From Patescibacteria group bacterium (GTDB lineage: Bacteria; Patescibacteriota; Minisyncoccia; Phycocordibacterales; SBAW01), in assembly GCA_028866155.1 (NCBI GenBank), contig JAGWIT010000001.1:165-64164 (forward strand): DNA of 64,000 nt, in the 5' to 3' direction. Position numbers and translations under genes: made by a program. The notes below the pieces were generated by a model. It was given only the letters and a program-made list of their open reading frames with translations. It searched no databases and was not told the origin of the DNA. Shown one piece after another: positions 1-10,289 of the stretch; position 1 is the stretch's first letter, and the number at the start of each line of letters is the position of its first letter.

Positions 1-70
1 ATCCCGCTTCCGTACGGATGAGCGTGATGCCAGGGGATATCGACCGCTCCCAGGTGAGCCGCACTTTTTA

Positions 71-122
71 GGTACAGCTCACAGCAACACCCACTTCTGT
101 GGGCATTGCTATGAGCTCTACC
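71..122 (-). other. Long imperfect RNA hairpin (24-position stem, AGAA loop)
   Basis: Inverted repeat GGTACAGCTCACAGCAACACCCAC / GTGGGCATTGCTATGAGCTCTACC; the three C.A mismatches on + become G.U pairs on -, leaving one G.G mismatch. Confidence 0.6.
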
Positions 123-137
123 GTTGTCTTGTTTTTC

Positions 138-173
138 AAAAAACAAAAAAGGCGAAACGCTTCAGCGTTTCGC
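138..173 (-). terminator. Intrinsic terminator
   Basis: GCGAAACGC-ttca-GCGTTTCGC stem (152-173) followed on - strand by a T-rich tract. Confidence 0.7.
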
Positions 174-447
174 TTAATTCAGACCAGTTCGAGTTGTACA
201 GAGATAACAACAGCAGACATATAGTCGCCGCTGGTTCCCTGTACTTCATCCCGCCGAGCGGGACGTGTACACAACCATTATCGAGGATGCAGTGCCAGTG
301 TCAACGACTTTGTTGCACAACAGCGCACTGTGATATACTTCGAAGAACACTGTCAACTGCATGTACGGATCCGAGATGGGCCCAAAACCCTGGGAACCAG
401 CGGAAGCTGGAGTTGTTTGGGCCCTTCTCGAACCCCTACGGCAGTTG

Positions 448-1230
448 CTAGGGCAACGCCGGTGCCGGTGCAGCCAACGTCTCGCACATAATGCTGTTTA
501 TCCGGTGCAAGGTCGTTTTGTACACATAACCGGTCGCGCTGTGGTCGCTCGGCAAACCGTAGGAGACCCACGGCGAGAGCACCTCCTGCCACTCTTTGGT
601 TTGAAATTGCTTCACCGCCGCCAATGTCATCGGGCCAAAGTAGCCGGTGACGGGCAGATTGGCGCTGATATTTTGATTGAGAAACGCCTGCAGTTTTTTA
701 ACTTGGTTGGGATTGTTCTTGCGGCCCATACGCAAATAATCGGTGAGATATGCGCCACAGGTCGAGCTTGCGTCGAGGGTGTCCGCAGTCGAGGTGCCGA
801 GCACGAGGCCGTTTACAAAGCCGGGCGACAAAGGTCCGGAGATGGTGCCGCCTCCCCCACCGCCGCCGGTTGAGTTGTTTGTGTTCGCGGTTGTACCGCC
901 GGTATCGCCTGAACCGCTCTCTCCCCCGCCGCCAGCGGGTGGCGGAGTATCACCCGTGCCGCCGCTTGGTGGTGGGGTAGAGCCGCCGCTGTTACCGTCC
1001 CCGCCAGCAGGTGGAGGAGATGGCGGTGGCGGCGGTGGAGGAGTCTGCCCGCATCCATCGCTTGATAAAGCCGGGAGCGGCGCGCCGATGCGGTTGCTGT
1101 CGCTAAAAACACGGCAAACAATGCGCGTGCCGAGATCCTGCGTGCTTGCTTGTGCAAACGGCGCTGCAACGAATAGAGAAGCGCTCAACGCGAGCAAAAC
1201 AATGCCGTTGTAAAAAAAAGTAGTGCGCAT
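448..1230 (-). CDS. Exported protein with Pro/Gly-rich linker and C-terminal peptidoglycan-binding domain
   Basis: Signal peptide; polyP/polyG linker; 'LRMGRKNNPNQVKKLQAFLN...TGYFGPMTLAAVKQFQ' PG_binding_1 pattern. Confidence 0.85.
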   Translation of the reverse strand: MRTTFFYNGIVLLALSASLFVAAPFAQASTQDLGTRIVCRVFSDSNRIGAPLPALSSDGCGQTPPPPPPPSPPPAGGDGNSGGSTPPPSGGTGDTPPPAGGGGESGSGDTGGTTANTNNSTGGGGGGGTISGPLSPGFVNGLVLGTSTADTLDASSTCGAYLTDYLRMGRKNNPNQVKKLQAFLNQNISANLPVTGYFGPMTLAAVKQFQTKEWQEVLSPWVSYGLPSDHSATGYVYKTTLHRINSIMCETLAAPAPALP

Positions 1231-1357
1231 AGTATTTCCCCTTACATGCTAATTTTTGCCACTACAACATAGTTCGCGCACCTGCCCTGTCAATCAAAAC
1301 GTGAGGAGGAAAATTTTTATTGACGGGTGTCAAAGAATATATCCATGACGGATTTTT

Positions 1358-1573
1358 TTATTTTTCAACCCTAACGAGATTCCACAAAAAGAACGACAGT
1401 GCGGAGGTTATAAAACAGATGACGCCGAACGTGTCTTCGCGCGGGTAGGGCAAAAAATGCGTCAGCGGCAGAGAGAGCGTCTGCATATGTACCTCAGCAT
1501 TTAGCACGATATAGAGCCAGCCCAAGAGCCCGAAGACGAACAGGGTTAAAAATAGCGCGCGCAAAAGTTTCAT
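1358..1573 (-). CDS. Small two-TM membrane protein
   Basis: Two hydrophobic segments; ATGA overlap with the upstream hydrolase stop. Confidence 0.7.
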   Translation of the reverse strand: MKLLRALFLTLFVFGLLGWLYIVLNAEVHMQTLSLPLTHFLPYPREDTFGVICFITSALSFFLWNLVRVEK

Positions 1574-2898
1574 AGTTTAATTGCCTTCCCCAAAGCCTGC
1601 ATGAGCGCATCAAAAGCCGGCTTCTTGCTCCCATCATACCGCAAAAGGCCGTAAAAATTTTCGGTAGTGCCGGGGTCGGTGCCCAAGTCGATGTAGGTGT
1701 ACCAAAACAGCGGCCCGGCAAAACTAAGTTCTCGCACCTGGGTTACTGCATCGGTAAGTATGAGCGCCTGCAGGGCCTCGGATACGTGGTCGGGATTATC
1801 TGCGAGGTTATAGTCACCCACATCGGCGCCCGCGCCCGGGCCGCCCGTTGGCGCGCCAAACTCGGTTATCCATATTTTTTTGGCGCTATCGCCGTGGGCA
1901 ACCATGACACTCCTGAGCGACGGGTTGGTGGCCGCCATCTCCTGCCAAGCGTTCCACTGCGCCGGATAGCTCGGCAACGCCGGGAACGAGTATGGATGAA
2001 AGCCGACGGCATCAAACGAGGGTCCGGCGCCGTCGGTATAGAGTGCCTGCAAAAAATCGACCGGCGCGATGTTGCCGTCCGACGTTTCTGCAGACGCGAG
2101 CCCGCCGGATATGACTTGTGCCGAAGGGTCGGCCTTTTTTATCGCGGCGCTCGCATCCTCAAGCAGTCGCGCGTAGGCGGCCGGGTCGGGCGCGGGCTGC
2201 CAAAACCGCACGATGTTGGGCTCGTTCCATATCTCCCAATCATGCACGCCCTGCGGGGCAAAGTGTACCGCCGCGGCGCCCGCAAACGCCGCGAACTGCA
2301 TGGGGTCGCTCGGCTGGCAGCGACTTGAGCCGCATTCGGGGTCGTGCGCCCACCAAGGCGAAAAGTCGAGGATTGGCAACACCTGTAAGCCTCTTGTATG
2401 TGCCGCCACCACTATCCGGTCGATGACGCGCCAATTGTATGCGCCACCTTGCTCGCGCTGAATGTAACTCCAATCGGCATCAAAACGCAGCCACGTGATG
2501 CCGAGCGCGACAATGGCATCGAGTCGCGCGCCAAGCTGGGCCTCGCTGAGCCCCGAGAAATCATCCCCCACCGATATGCCAAATCCGCTGGTGTTTGCTG
2601 TCATGGCAGGAGGCGGCGCTGTTGGGTTTGTGGCGGTACTTTTGCTTTGAGGCTGTGCGATTGGTGCCGGCGCGGCAAAAGTCGAGCTTGCCGGTCCAGG
2701 CCCCGGGATCGCCGGCACAGAAGGCTCCGGGGCAGTGTCATGCGACGCTATAGGTCTAAACTGAGCCCCGATGCGCTCAGTCGAAAGCCCGAGCAGTATC
2801 GCAAGGCCCGCGATGCCGAGCATAAGAAGAACCCGCTGCGAGAGCGGCTTCAAGGGCTTTTGGGGTTCGTGCTGGGTATCGTGCTTGAAATCTCGCAT
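1570..2898 (-). CDS. Membrane-anchored clan GH-A glycoside hydrolase (GH5/GH39-like)
   Basis: N-terminal TM and Pro/Ala linker; WEIWNEPN acid/base and IWITEFG nucleophile motifs; start chosen at ATG 2898. Confidence 0.85.
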   Translation of the reverse strand: MRDFKHDTQHEPQKPLKPLSQRVLLMLGIAGLAILLGLSTERIGAQFRPIASHDTAPEPSVPAIPGPGPASSTFAAPAPIAQPQSKSTATNPTAPPPAMTANTSGFGISVGDDFSGLSEAQLGARLDAIVALGITWLRFDADWSYIQREQGGAYNWRVIDRIVVAAHTRGLQVLPILDFSPWWAHDPECGSSRCQPSDPMQFAAFAGAAAVHFAPQGVHDWEIWNEPNIVRFWQPAPDPAAYARLLEDASAAIKKADPSAQVISGGLASAETSDGNIAPVDFLQALYTDGAGPSFDAVGFHPYSFPALPSYPAQWNAWQEMAATNPSLRSVMVAHGDSAKKIWITEFGAPTGGPGAGADVGDYNLADNPDHVSEALQALILTDAVTQVRELSFAGPLFWYTYIDLGTDPGTTENFYGLLRYDGSKKPAFDALMQALGKAIKL

Positions 2899-2928
2899 TT
2901 CGCCGTGCAGTGCAGTATAGTGCATCCG

Positions 2929-5073
2929 ATGTTATTGCGAAACATGCCCCTATATATAAAATACTGTATCGCTTATTTCCGTAAAGACAGCCTTTTGCGA
3001 AACTCGGTCTACCTCATGCTCGCGACCGGCGTACTGGCGGGGTTCGGGTTCTTTTTTTGGCTTATTGTGGCAAAAACATTTTCTACCGCAGATATTGGTG
3101 TTGCTACCGCGCTCGTCTCTGCAATGAATTTAATTGCCTACCTATCGCTCATGGGTTTCAATGTCGCATTCGTGCGCTTCACCCCGAGCGCTCAGGACAA
3201 AAACGGCAACCTCAATACGGGCCTGTTAGTTGCCACAGCCGCGGCGATCGTATTTTCAATCGCATTCATACTCATAGCGCCGCACATCTCCATGCATTTA
3301 AGTCTGATAGGATATCCGCTTTTTGCCGCGGGCTTCGTGCTTTTTTGTATCGCAACCACGCTCAATTTGCTCACCGATTCTGTGTTTATAGCCAATCGCG
3401 AAGCAAGATATATTTTGTTTATCAACACAGCCTATAGCGCAGCGAAAATTGGACTGCCGCTCCTGTTCTTAAGCGCGGGAGCCTTTGGCATCGTCACCGC
3501 CGCGGCGCTCGCGCAGGCGCTGGGTCTGGGCTTAAGCATCCTCGCAATGATGCATTTGTTTGCATATCGCCCGCACCTTACCTTGAAGTCATCGGTTCTC
3601 GGGCAGGTATGGCGCTACTGCGCCAGCAACTACGTCGCGAGTATTTTTAGCCTTCTGCCTGCCACGGTGATGCCGCTCATGGTCATTGGGGCGCTCGGGC
3701 CTGAACCAGCAGCATACTTTTATATAGCAATGATGATCGGTAATCTCCTATATGTTATCCCGTGGTCGATCACGCGTGCGCTGTTTGCCGAAGGCTCTCA
3801 CGACGAAGTCACTCTATTACAAAACGCCAAAAAGGCGATGTTCATTATTGGAGCGCTCCTCACACCTGCGATATTGTTCTTAGCGCTCTTCGGCAGCTTT
3901 ATTTTGAGCATTTTTGGCCGCGGCTATGCGCAAGGCAACAGTTTGTTGCTGCTCCTTGCGCTTGCAGGCTTCGCGGTTGCGGTGATGGCCATAGCAAACG
4001 CCATATTTTTGGTAACTAAACAATCCCGAGAGGTTGTGGTACTCAATGTTACCTTTGCGATCGCCACTATCGCGTTGGTGTATGCGCTGCTCCCGCTCGG
4101 GCTTTACGGCGTGGGAGTTGGTTGGCTCGTGGGCAATGCGATCGCCGCGCTGGCGGGATACCTACTCTTTCGTCGAGAGTCGATCATGACTAGCTGGTGG
4201 AAAAATTTTAACATCCCTATAACGATTATAGTGGCTAAGTGGCGCTATCTGCGCGCGAGCTTCGCGCGCGGCGATAAACGTACGATTTTGTTCTATCCTC
4301 ACAAGCCGCAGCATTTTCATATCCTCTACGCGATAGTGCATGAGCTAGGCTATGCGGTTACTACCAACCCTTCGAAGTGCCATGAACTTGCTATTGCTTT
4401 TGAAGATCAAACGATCCGTTCGAACGAGCACCATGCAGTGCTCCAAGAACTCGCGCGCACGCAGCCGGTAGCGAACCTCAACTGCGCCGACATATCCAAA
4501 GAAAACATCGAAAAAATATTTAGAGAAACTTACGGCTACAACACCTTTGTGAACCCCGAACAGTATAGCGGCCGGTGTGTGCGCAAATCAAATAACAATT
4601 CCACCCACGACGGAGTGTTCATCGCCTGCCCTGCTGCGAAAGAGCCCGGCTATGTGTATCAAAAATTCATCGAGTGCGAACACGAGGGCCGTATTGCAGA
4701 TCTGCGCGGCATTATCATGGGCGGGAAGCTCAGGCATATCACACTTAAATACAAAGCTCCCGAAGCGCGGTTTGACATCACGAGCGACATATCGATGCGG
4801 CGCCCCGACACGTTGCTGAGTGCGCAAGAAATTGAAGGCGTTGAATCGTTTTGCAAGAGCTTGGGTCTTGATTGCGGCGAGATGGATATACTGCGCGACA
4901 AAACGGATGGCAAAATTTATATAATTGATGTCAGCAACACCTCCGGCGGCCCGGTACGCAACCTGCACCTGCCGGCTCAGGAATATGATGCGTACGTGCA
5001 AATGCTAAGCGAGAGTTTTGCCCGCGCCTACGGCCTAGCGATAGACGCGCGCCTCACCGTTGTCGTACAGTAG
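2929..5073 (+). CDS. Wzx-type oligosaccharide flippase fused to a C-terminal ATP-grasp-like domain
   Basis: Many TM helices beginning 'LLRNSVYLMLATGVLAGFGFFFW'; soluble C-terminus with 'YVYQKFI..DLR..GEMDILRD..IYIIDVSNT'; start moved to ATG 2929 because the ORF-track N-terminus overlaps the hydrolase. Confidence 0.8.
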   Translation: MLLRNMPLYIKYCIAYFRKDSLLRNSVYLMLATGVLAGFGFFFWLIVAKTFSTADIGVATALVSAMNLIAYLSLMGFNVAFVRFTPSAQDKNGNLNTGLLVATAAAIVFSIAFILIAPHISMHLSLIGYPLFAAGFVLFCIATTLNLLTDSVFIANREARYILFINTAYSAAKIGLPLLFLSAGAFGIVTAAALAQALGLGLSILAMMHLFAYRPHLTLKSSVLGQVWRYCASNYVASIFSLLPATVMPLMVIGALGPEPAAYFYIAMMIGNLLYVIPWSITRALFAEGSHDEVTLLQNAKKAMFIIGALLTPAILFLALFGSFILSIFGRGYAQGNSLLLLLALAGFAVAVMAIANAIFLVTKQSREVVVLNVTFAIATIALVYALLPLGLYGVGVGWLVGNAIAALAGYLLFRRESIMTSWWKNFNIPITIIVAKWRYLRASFARGDKRTILFYPHKPQHFHILYAIVHELGYAVTTNPSKCHELAIAFEDQTIRSNEHHAVLQELARTQPVANLNCADISKENIEKIFRETYGYNTFVNPEQYSGRCVRKSNNNSTHDGVFIACPAAKEPGYVYQKFIECEHEGRIADLRGIIMGGKLRHITLKYKAPEARFDITSDISMRRPDTLLSAQEIEGVESFCKSLGLDCGEMDILRDKTDGKIYIIDVSNTSGGPVRNLHLPAQEYDAYVQMLSESFARAYGLAIDARLTVVVQ

Positions 5074-7383
5074 ATCTTTGTTTGTATCGAGAAACCCAAT
5101 CGGATAAACATAGGAAATAGGCGTCTCGTTGTAGGAGAGGTTATCTACTCCCCTGCGCACTACCGGAGATCCGACCAGCACATAGGAGCTCTTGCGGATC
5201 AGCCATGGATATACGCCTACCGATACATCAAGGTTATACAGAGCCGTCGAGCTCTGGATCGTTAATTCGCTGCTTTGGAGCTCCGGATGCAAGCCGTCTG
5301 CGATGTCCTTTTGCAGCTGACCGGTAACCCAAGACGTCGCTCGTTCGTCGCTGTGGTCCACGTAGTAGCGGTCGTAATACGAGCCGGAGTTGTTGAGGTA
5401 GAGCGGCGCATCGTAGCCGCCGGTAAGCTGAGCAATCGTGCCTGTGGATAAGAGGAAAAATAAGATTGCGACGATAGTTGCAAAAAGGGTTGCTTTTTTC
5501 TGCTCGGTAAAAAGCACGGCGCTCCCGATCGCCACAAAGAGCGACAGAAACAGGAGCGACTGCTGAAATGCACGCAGTAGTCCGTATTCGACCGAAAGCA
5601 CGGGCAAAACGACAATACCCGCGACCATCACTATACTGCCGCATGCGGCGAGCCAAAACTCCGAATGAATATTCGAGAGGACGCGCCGACTGCCCCGCAG
5701 CGCCGCGCAAAAACCGACGACGACCAAGAGTTGAAGTGCCTTTGCTGAGGATTGCTTCAGAATATAGTTCATTGACGAAACATCAAAACCAAGCGCGCTG
5801 AGCCCTGACCCGAGCGCCGTGAGCGGCATGACTTCCTGCGGCGCAAGGACGATGGGATAACTCTTATAGGCGCTTTGGGCAAAGTAATCGCCGGGGTCGG
5901 CTGCGCGCTGCGGAGCAACGACTTTTTGCTGATACCCGGCAAGGAGCTGCTGTGAGTTGAGCGGATGCCACGAAAAGAGCGCGTAGAGCACGTCGCTGGA
6001 TTGCGCATCCTCCTTACTGTTGCTGGCCATGGTCGCAAGGGTTTCTTTAACGACGCGGACAATGCTGTTTTGAGAGGTGTCGGTCAAGACGCTGCTCCAC
6101 AAAAAGCTCGCTAACATGAGCGAGACTACCATCAGCCCCGTGATGCGCGGCACGGCCGGCACCGCTGAAAGATTAAAGTCGGCAAAGGAGGTGCGTGCGA
6201 ACGGGGAGTAACTGCGCCGCTCAAAAAACCCGCGTACTGCGGAGAGTGCTTTTTGCATCAGGTAGACGAACACGAGAATCGCAATAACGGTATAGGTCGT
6301 CGAGTAATGCGAAAGCACCATGCCGATGCCAAAGAACATAAAGAGTCCGCGACGCAGGCGCATAGAGAGAGACTCTTCGAAGAGCACCAGGAACATGCAG
6401 GCAAGAAAAATAAACGCGATTTCTTGTCGATTGAGATACGGCATATCCATAAAAAATGTCGGAAACGCGACAAAATATACTGCCGATAAAAGCGCGAACG
6501 CCGGTGAGAGATAGCGGCGCACGGTGAGGTAGAGTGCGGGCGGCACGAACGCAAAAAATATTTGGTAAAGAACCTTATAGAGGTATGGGTCGGCCATCGA
6601 AAAGAACCTGGAGAGCGTGGCCGGTAAAATAGTGATGCTCATGCAGGCGTTGTAGGCATCCTGCAGATAGCCGACCGCCCAAAAACCGTGTTCTTTCGCC
6701 AGTTGAAAGACAAGATACTCGCGCTGTATGTCGTGGCCGCTGACATACCACCCGCGCAGACTGGTCATGAACAGGAGCGAAAGCGAAATAAAAAAAAGGG
6801 CAGTCGGTATCACCCACTCCTCGAGGGTTGCGCTGGCGCGCGCCAGCATCCACAGGTATAGTGCAATGCCCAAAAAGCACGCCAAGGTTATGAAGCCGCT
6901 ACCGCCGTTGTTGAGCGCGATGGCACCGGCAACGCTGCATGCCACAAACAATGCCGGACTGAACGCAAAGAGGCACTCTCGCCATGGAAGCGCGGTAAAC
7001 TCTATGCATATGGCGGCATCACCGCTGCGGATCCACGCGGCAAAGGCCAGCGCCACGACGCCAGCCGATACCTCTCCCAGCAGAAACGAAGCTTGAAGAG
7101 GCGTTGCAATACCGAGCGTCGACAGCAGTGTGTTGCCGGCAAGCCCTATGAACATCAACTCGAGTAGCGAGCAGGCGACCATGCATGCCAGCGCGCTCCA
7201 TACCGGCAATCGCACCCGAAGCGCCATGAGGGTAAGAAACCCCGGCAGGATGATGAGAGATATAAATGCCGCTATGTTTTGGATTTGAAAAGCATTGAAA
7301 TGAGTGTTCACCAGCAGGATAAAAAACGTCCACCATATGTCAAACAGCAGCAAAAAATAATCCTTTTTAAGCGTAAGCGTCAT
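5035..7383 (-). CDS. Polytopic membrane protein, DUF2206-like (possible GT-C transferase/polymerase)
   Basis: 782 aa, many TMs, 'GHDIQREY' loop, 'RQEIA' and 'SHYST' motifs, large extracytoplasmic loop. Confidence 0.65.
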   Translation of the reverse strand: MTLTLKKDYFLLLFDIWWTFFILLVNTHFNAFQIQNIAAFISLIILPGFLTLMALRVRLPVWSALACMVACSLLELMFIGLAGNTLLSTLGIATPLQASFLLGEVSAGVVALAFAAWIRSGDAAICIEFTALPWRECLFAFSPALFVACSVAGAIALNNGGSGFITLACFLGIALYLWMLARASATLEEWVIPTALFFISLSLLFMTSLRGWYVSGHDIQREYLVFQLAKEHGFWAVGYLQDAYNACMSITILPATLSRFFSMADPYLYKVLYQIFFAFVPPALYLTVRRYLSPAFALLSAVYFVAFPTFFMDMPYLNRQEIAFIFLACMFLVLFEESLSMRLRRGLFMFFGIGMVLSHYSTTYTVIAILVFVYLMQKALSAVRGFFERRSYSPFARTSFADFNLSAVPAVPRITGLMVVSLMLASFLWSSVLTDTSQNSIVRVVKETLATMASNSKEDAQSSDVLYALFSWHPLNSQQLLAGYQQKVVAPQRAADPGDYFAQSAYKSYPIVLAPQEVMPLTALGSGLSALGFDVSSMNYILKQSSAKALQLLVVVGFCAALRGSRRVLSNIHSEFWLAACGSIVMVAGIVVLPVLSVEYGLLRAFQQSLLFLSLFVAIGSAVLFTEQKKATLFATIVAILFFLLSTGTIAQLTGGYDAPLYLNNSGSYYDRYYVDHSDERATSWVTGQLQKDIADGLHPELQSSELTIQSSTALYNLDVSVGVYPWLIRKSSYVLVGSPVVRRGVDNLSYNETPISYVYPIGFLDTNKDLLYDNGEARVYR

Positions 7384-9605
7384 ATGATGGTTTCGTAGGT
7401 TTGAAGCGTTGTCTTAAGAATGGCGCCCCAATCGTAGTTGCGCACATCCTCAATATTGTGGGCGCTTATCTGGGGATAGAGGCCTTTTTCGGTGACAAGC
7501 CGCATGATCGCCTTGCACATCGCACCAACGGAGAGAGGCGCGAGGAGACCGTTGCGCCCGTCTTGAATGACGTTGCGCGTGCCAACCACATTTGACGCCA
7601 CGATAGGCAATCCTTTAGCCATTGCCTCAAGCAAAACAGTGCTAAAGCCTTCCATGAGCGAAGCCAAGACGCATACGTCCGATTCTTCGTATATGGTTTC
7701 CAGATCTTTTCCGAGTTTTACGCCGACCAATCGAACCTGCGACTCAAGATTTTTCTTTCGGACAAGAGTCTCAAGCGCCTCGCGGTCGCCGCCGCCCACG
7801 ATAGTGAGGGTGAACGCTAGATTGTGAGTATGCTTTAACGCTTCTGCAACATCTATGAGGAACGGATAATTTTTTTGTACGGATATCCTGCCGACGGCGA
7901 GCAGGCGCAATGGCGCATGGCATGTGGAACACGGCTTTTCAAGGACAGCAAACGACGTCGCGTTCGGAATAACGACGATTTTTTCTTCAGAAATTCCAAA
8001 TTGGCCCACGAGGATATTTTTATAATCCGGTGTAAGTACAATTATTTTTGCTGCGCCGCCAAATACCCACCTCAACACAAAATGCGTATACAAAGGCAGC
8101 AATAGCTTCCCTATTCGTCCCGAGGGGATGATTAACATCCGCACGTGGGCAATATAGGGTATCCCTCGAATGCGCGCGACAGCGGCTGTGATTTCCGCAA
8201 AAAAAGCATGGGCGACATGCAGATGGATGAGGCTGTTTTTATTTAATCGGAACAGCTGCCATACGAGCCCCAAAGCAAGGGGGGTATGAAGAAACTCCAA
8301 GGCACGCAGATAGAAGACCTTTACGCCGTCTTGCAGATATAGACCGGCAGGAGTGCCGACGTTCGACGTTAAAACACTTATATCCAGGCCTGCTCTGACT
8401 TGCAATATTGCTAACTCTCGGATGCGTTGTTCCATCCCGCCTAGATGGGGCGGGTAATAGGCGCTCACATGTACGATGGCCATATAATTTCTTGAGAGAA
8501 CTGCGTCATAGCATTGCGCACGCTCCTCCCAAGAAAAATCTTTTAGAACCCGGGTACGCGCCGATGTGCCAAACGCCGCCGCGAGCCCTTGGTCTCTCAA
8601 AAGGAGGAGCAGCTTTTGCGCCAGCGCACGCTCATCGCCGGGCTCAATCAAAAAACCGGTCTCTCCTTCTTCAACCAAGTCGGGGATGCTCCCCACCCGC
8701 GTTGACACCACGGGCAAACTACAGCTCATCGCTTCAAGAATGGTGAGCGGGAAGTTGTCGTTGCCGGTCGGCAGGGCGAACACGTGCGCCTGATTGTAGC
8801 GTTTAACGAGCGCGCTGCCCGAAAGCCTCCCGGCAAACTCGGCGCGCCCGCCCAGCCCGAGATCCTGTGCTTCCCTTTCGTATTGTTCTCGCATATCGCC
8901 GTCTCCGACGATTATCACGCGCACGGTTGGAAGCAGGTTTGAAACTTCTTTGCACGCGCGCAAAAGAGTGCTCAAGCCCTTATACCGCTCGCCGCGGCCG
9001 AGCCCGCCCACAAACAAAATGGTCGGGTCTTTAGCTTTTGACGCTCCGTCCGGCATAAAGACGCTCGCGACCGCGGGCGTGATGATAGTGCTTTTGTGCT
9101 GATAGCGGTGCAGAAAATCGCGCCATATATACGCAGAGGTGCAAATAATCCGGTCGGCCCGGCGCAAAAGCAGGCGCAGAGGCCCGTGTTCATAGAGCCA
9201 TGCGATGATATCAGCTGCGAGAGCGCCCTTGCGCATGCTGCCGGCGTGGTAGGTGATGATGATATTGCGCGAGCCGGCGGCCAAAGCGGCGATGTCGCCA
9301 ATGCCCGGCACCGGCATGTGGATGTTGATGACATCCGGGTTCTCTTTTTCGAGTAATTTTCGGATCGCGCCAAACCATGCAAGCGAGACGGGCGTGTTGG
9401 ATATTTTAATCTGATACTTCAGCCGGTATATGCGCAAGCCGTCCCGCTCTTCTACCTCATCTTTCTCACCCGAGGTGAGAACCACCGCTCGCCAGCCGTG
9501 CTGTTTTGCGAGCCTCGTCGCAATTTCGGAGGCATAGCGCTCAAGGCCGCCGCCCTGCGGCGGCCAGTAGGGCGCGACGACGAGTATGGTGCGCCGGTCT
9601 TTCAT
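7380..9605 (-). CDS. Tandem double GT4 glycosyltransferase
   Basis: Two complete GT-B modules (YWPPQGGGLE...DNFPLTILEAM and YYPPHLGGME...EGFSTVLLEAM). Confidence 0.9.
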   Translation of the reverse strand: MKDRRTILVVAPYWPPQGGGLERYASEIATRLAKQHGWRAVVLTSGEKDEVEERDGLRIYRLKYQIKISNTPVSLAWFGAIRKLLEKENPDVINIHMPVPGIGDIAALAAGSRNIIITYHAGSMRKGALAADIIAWLYEHGPLRLLLRRADRIICTSAYIWRDFLHRYQHKSTIITPAVASVFMPDGASKAKDPTILFVGGLGRGERYKGLSTLLRACKEVSNLLPTVRVIIVGDGDMREQYEREAQDLGLGGRAEFAGRLSGSALVKRYNQAHVFALPTGNDNFPLTILEAMSCSLPVVSTRVGSIPDLVEEGETGFLIEPGDERALAQKLLLLLRDQGLAAAFGTSARTRVLKDFSWEERAQCYDAVLSRNYMAIVHVSAYYPPHLGGMEQRIRELAILQVRAGLDISVLTSNVGTPAGLYLQDGVKVFYLRALEFLHTPLALGLVWQLFRLNKNSLIHLHVAHAFFAEITAAVARIRGIPYIAHVRMLIIPSGRIGKLLLPLYTHFVLRWVFGGAAKIIVLTPDYKNILVGQFGISEEKIVVIPNATSFAVLEKPCSTCHAPLRLLAVGRISVQKNYPFLIDVAEALKHTHNLAFTLTIVGGGDREALETLVRKKNLESQVRLVGVKLGKDLETIYEESDVCVLASLMEGFSTVLLEAMAKGLPIVASNVVGTRNVIQDGRNGLLAPLSVGAMCKAIMRLVTEKGLYPQISAHNIEDVRNYDWGAILKTTLQTYETII

Positions 9606-10288
9606 ACGAGTGCGCAGTTCTGCACATACGCAACCTCTTTACGCTTGCCTATATGCGCAAGCACGCGCTCGAGGCGCTCCCAATCGCTGTTTTTTTCTAT
9701 CTCCCACGAATGCCCCCACAGGTGGAAGACGCCGCCGTCTTGTGCAATTTCATCGAACAGTGTCGTGGCGAGCTCATCCCAATTGAGGTATCCGCTCAAA
9801 AATCTTTTGCCCATGTGCCGCGCTACCCCGAGCGCGTCGCTGTAATGCCGGTAGGCATGGATGGTCGTGGGCGCGGCAAACGGGTCGCCGATGCCGCCCT
9901 CGAAGCGCTCAACGGTGCGCGCGAACGTAAATCCGGCATCCTTGACCATTGCCTTGTGCGCTCCGATAAAGGCGCCGCCCGGGTAGCAAAAACTGCTCAC
10001 CGGAGATCCCAGTACATCCTCCAAAAACTTTTTAGAATCGACAATTTCCTGCCGCGCAACCTCGCTCGATACCTCGGTCAAGCGCGGGTGCGTCATGGTG
10101 TGCGCGCCTATCTCAAACGCGTGCGCCAACTCGCGCACTTGAGCGCCGGTGAGCCGCTCATCTGCAGGGATCTCCCGGCATTGCGGCGATATATAAAAGG
10201 TACCGCTCACTGCGTGCTTGCGCAGGAGCTCGGCAACGCGCATATCGAGGGCGTGTCCGTCATCCCAGCTGGTCGTTACGGTCGTCAT
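9602..10288 (-). CDS. Polysaccharide deacetylase (NodB/CE4)
   Basis: TSWDDG, GAHTMTHP, FCYPGG and HLWGH motifs. Confidence 0.9.
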   Translation of the reverse strand: MTTVTTSWDDGHALDMRVAELLRKHAVSGTFYISPQCREIPADERLTGAQVRELAHAFEIGAHTMTHPRLTEVSSEVARQEIVDSKKFLEDVLGSPVSSFCYPGGAFIGAHKAMVKDAGFTFARTVERFEGGIGDPFAAPTTIHAYRHYSDALGVARHMGKRFLSGYLNWDELATTLFDEIAQDGGVFHLWGHSWEIEKNSDWERLERVLAHIGKRKEVAYVQNCALV

Positions 10289-10289
10289 A

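Noticed and set aside
174-447. Unexplained 270-nt region with short ORFs
   Set aside because: No frame gives a convincing protein; it may be a decayed gene but cannot be supported.
2398-2928. N-terminal extension of the 891-aa ORF
   Set aside because: Overlaps the hydrolase on the opposite strand; flippase-like sequence begins after 2929.
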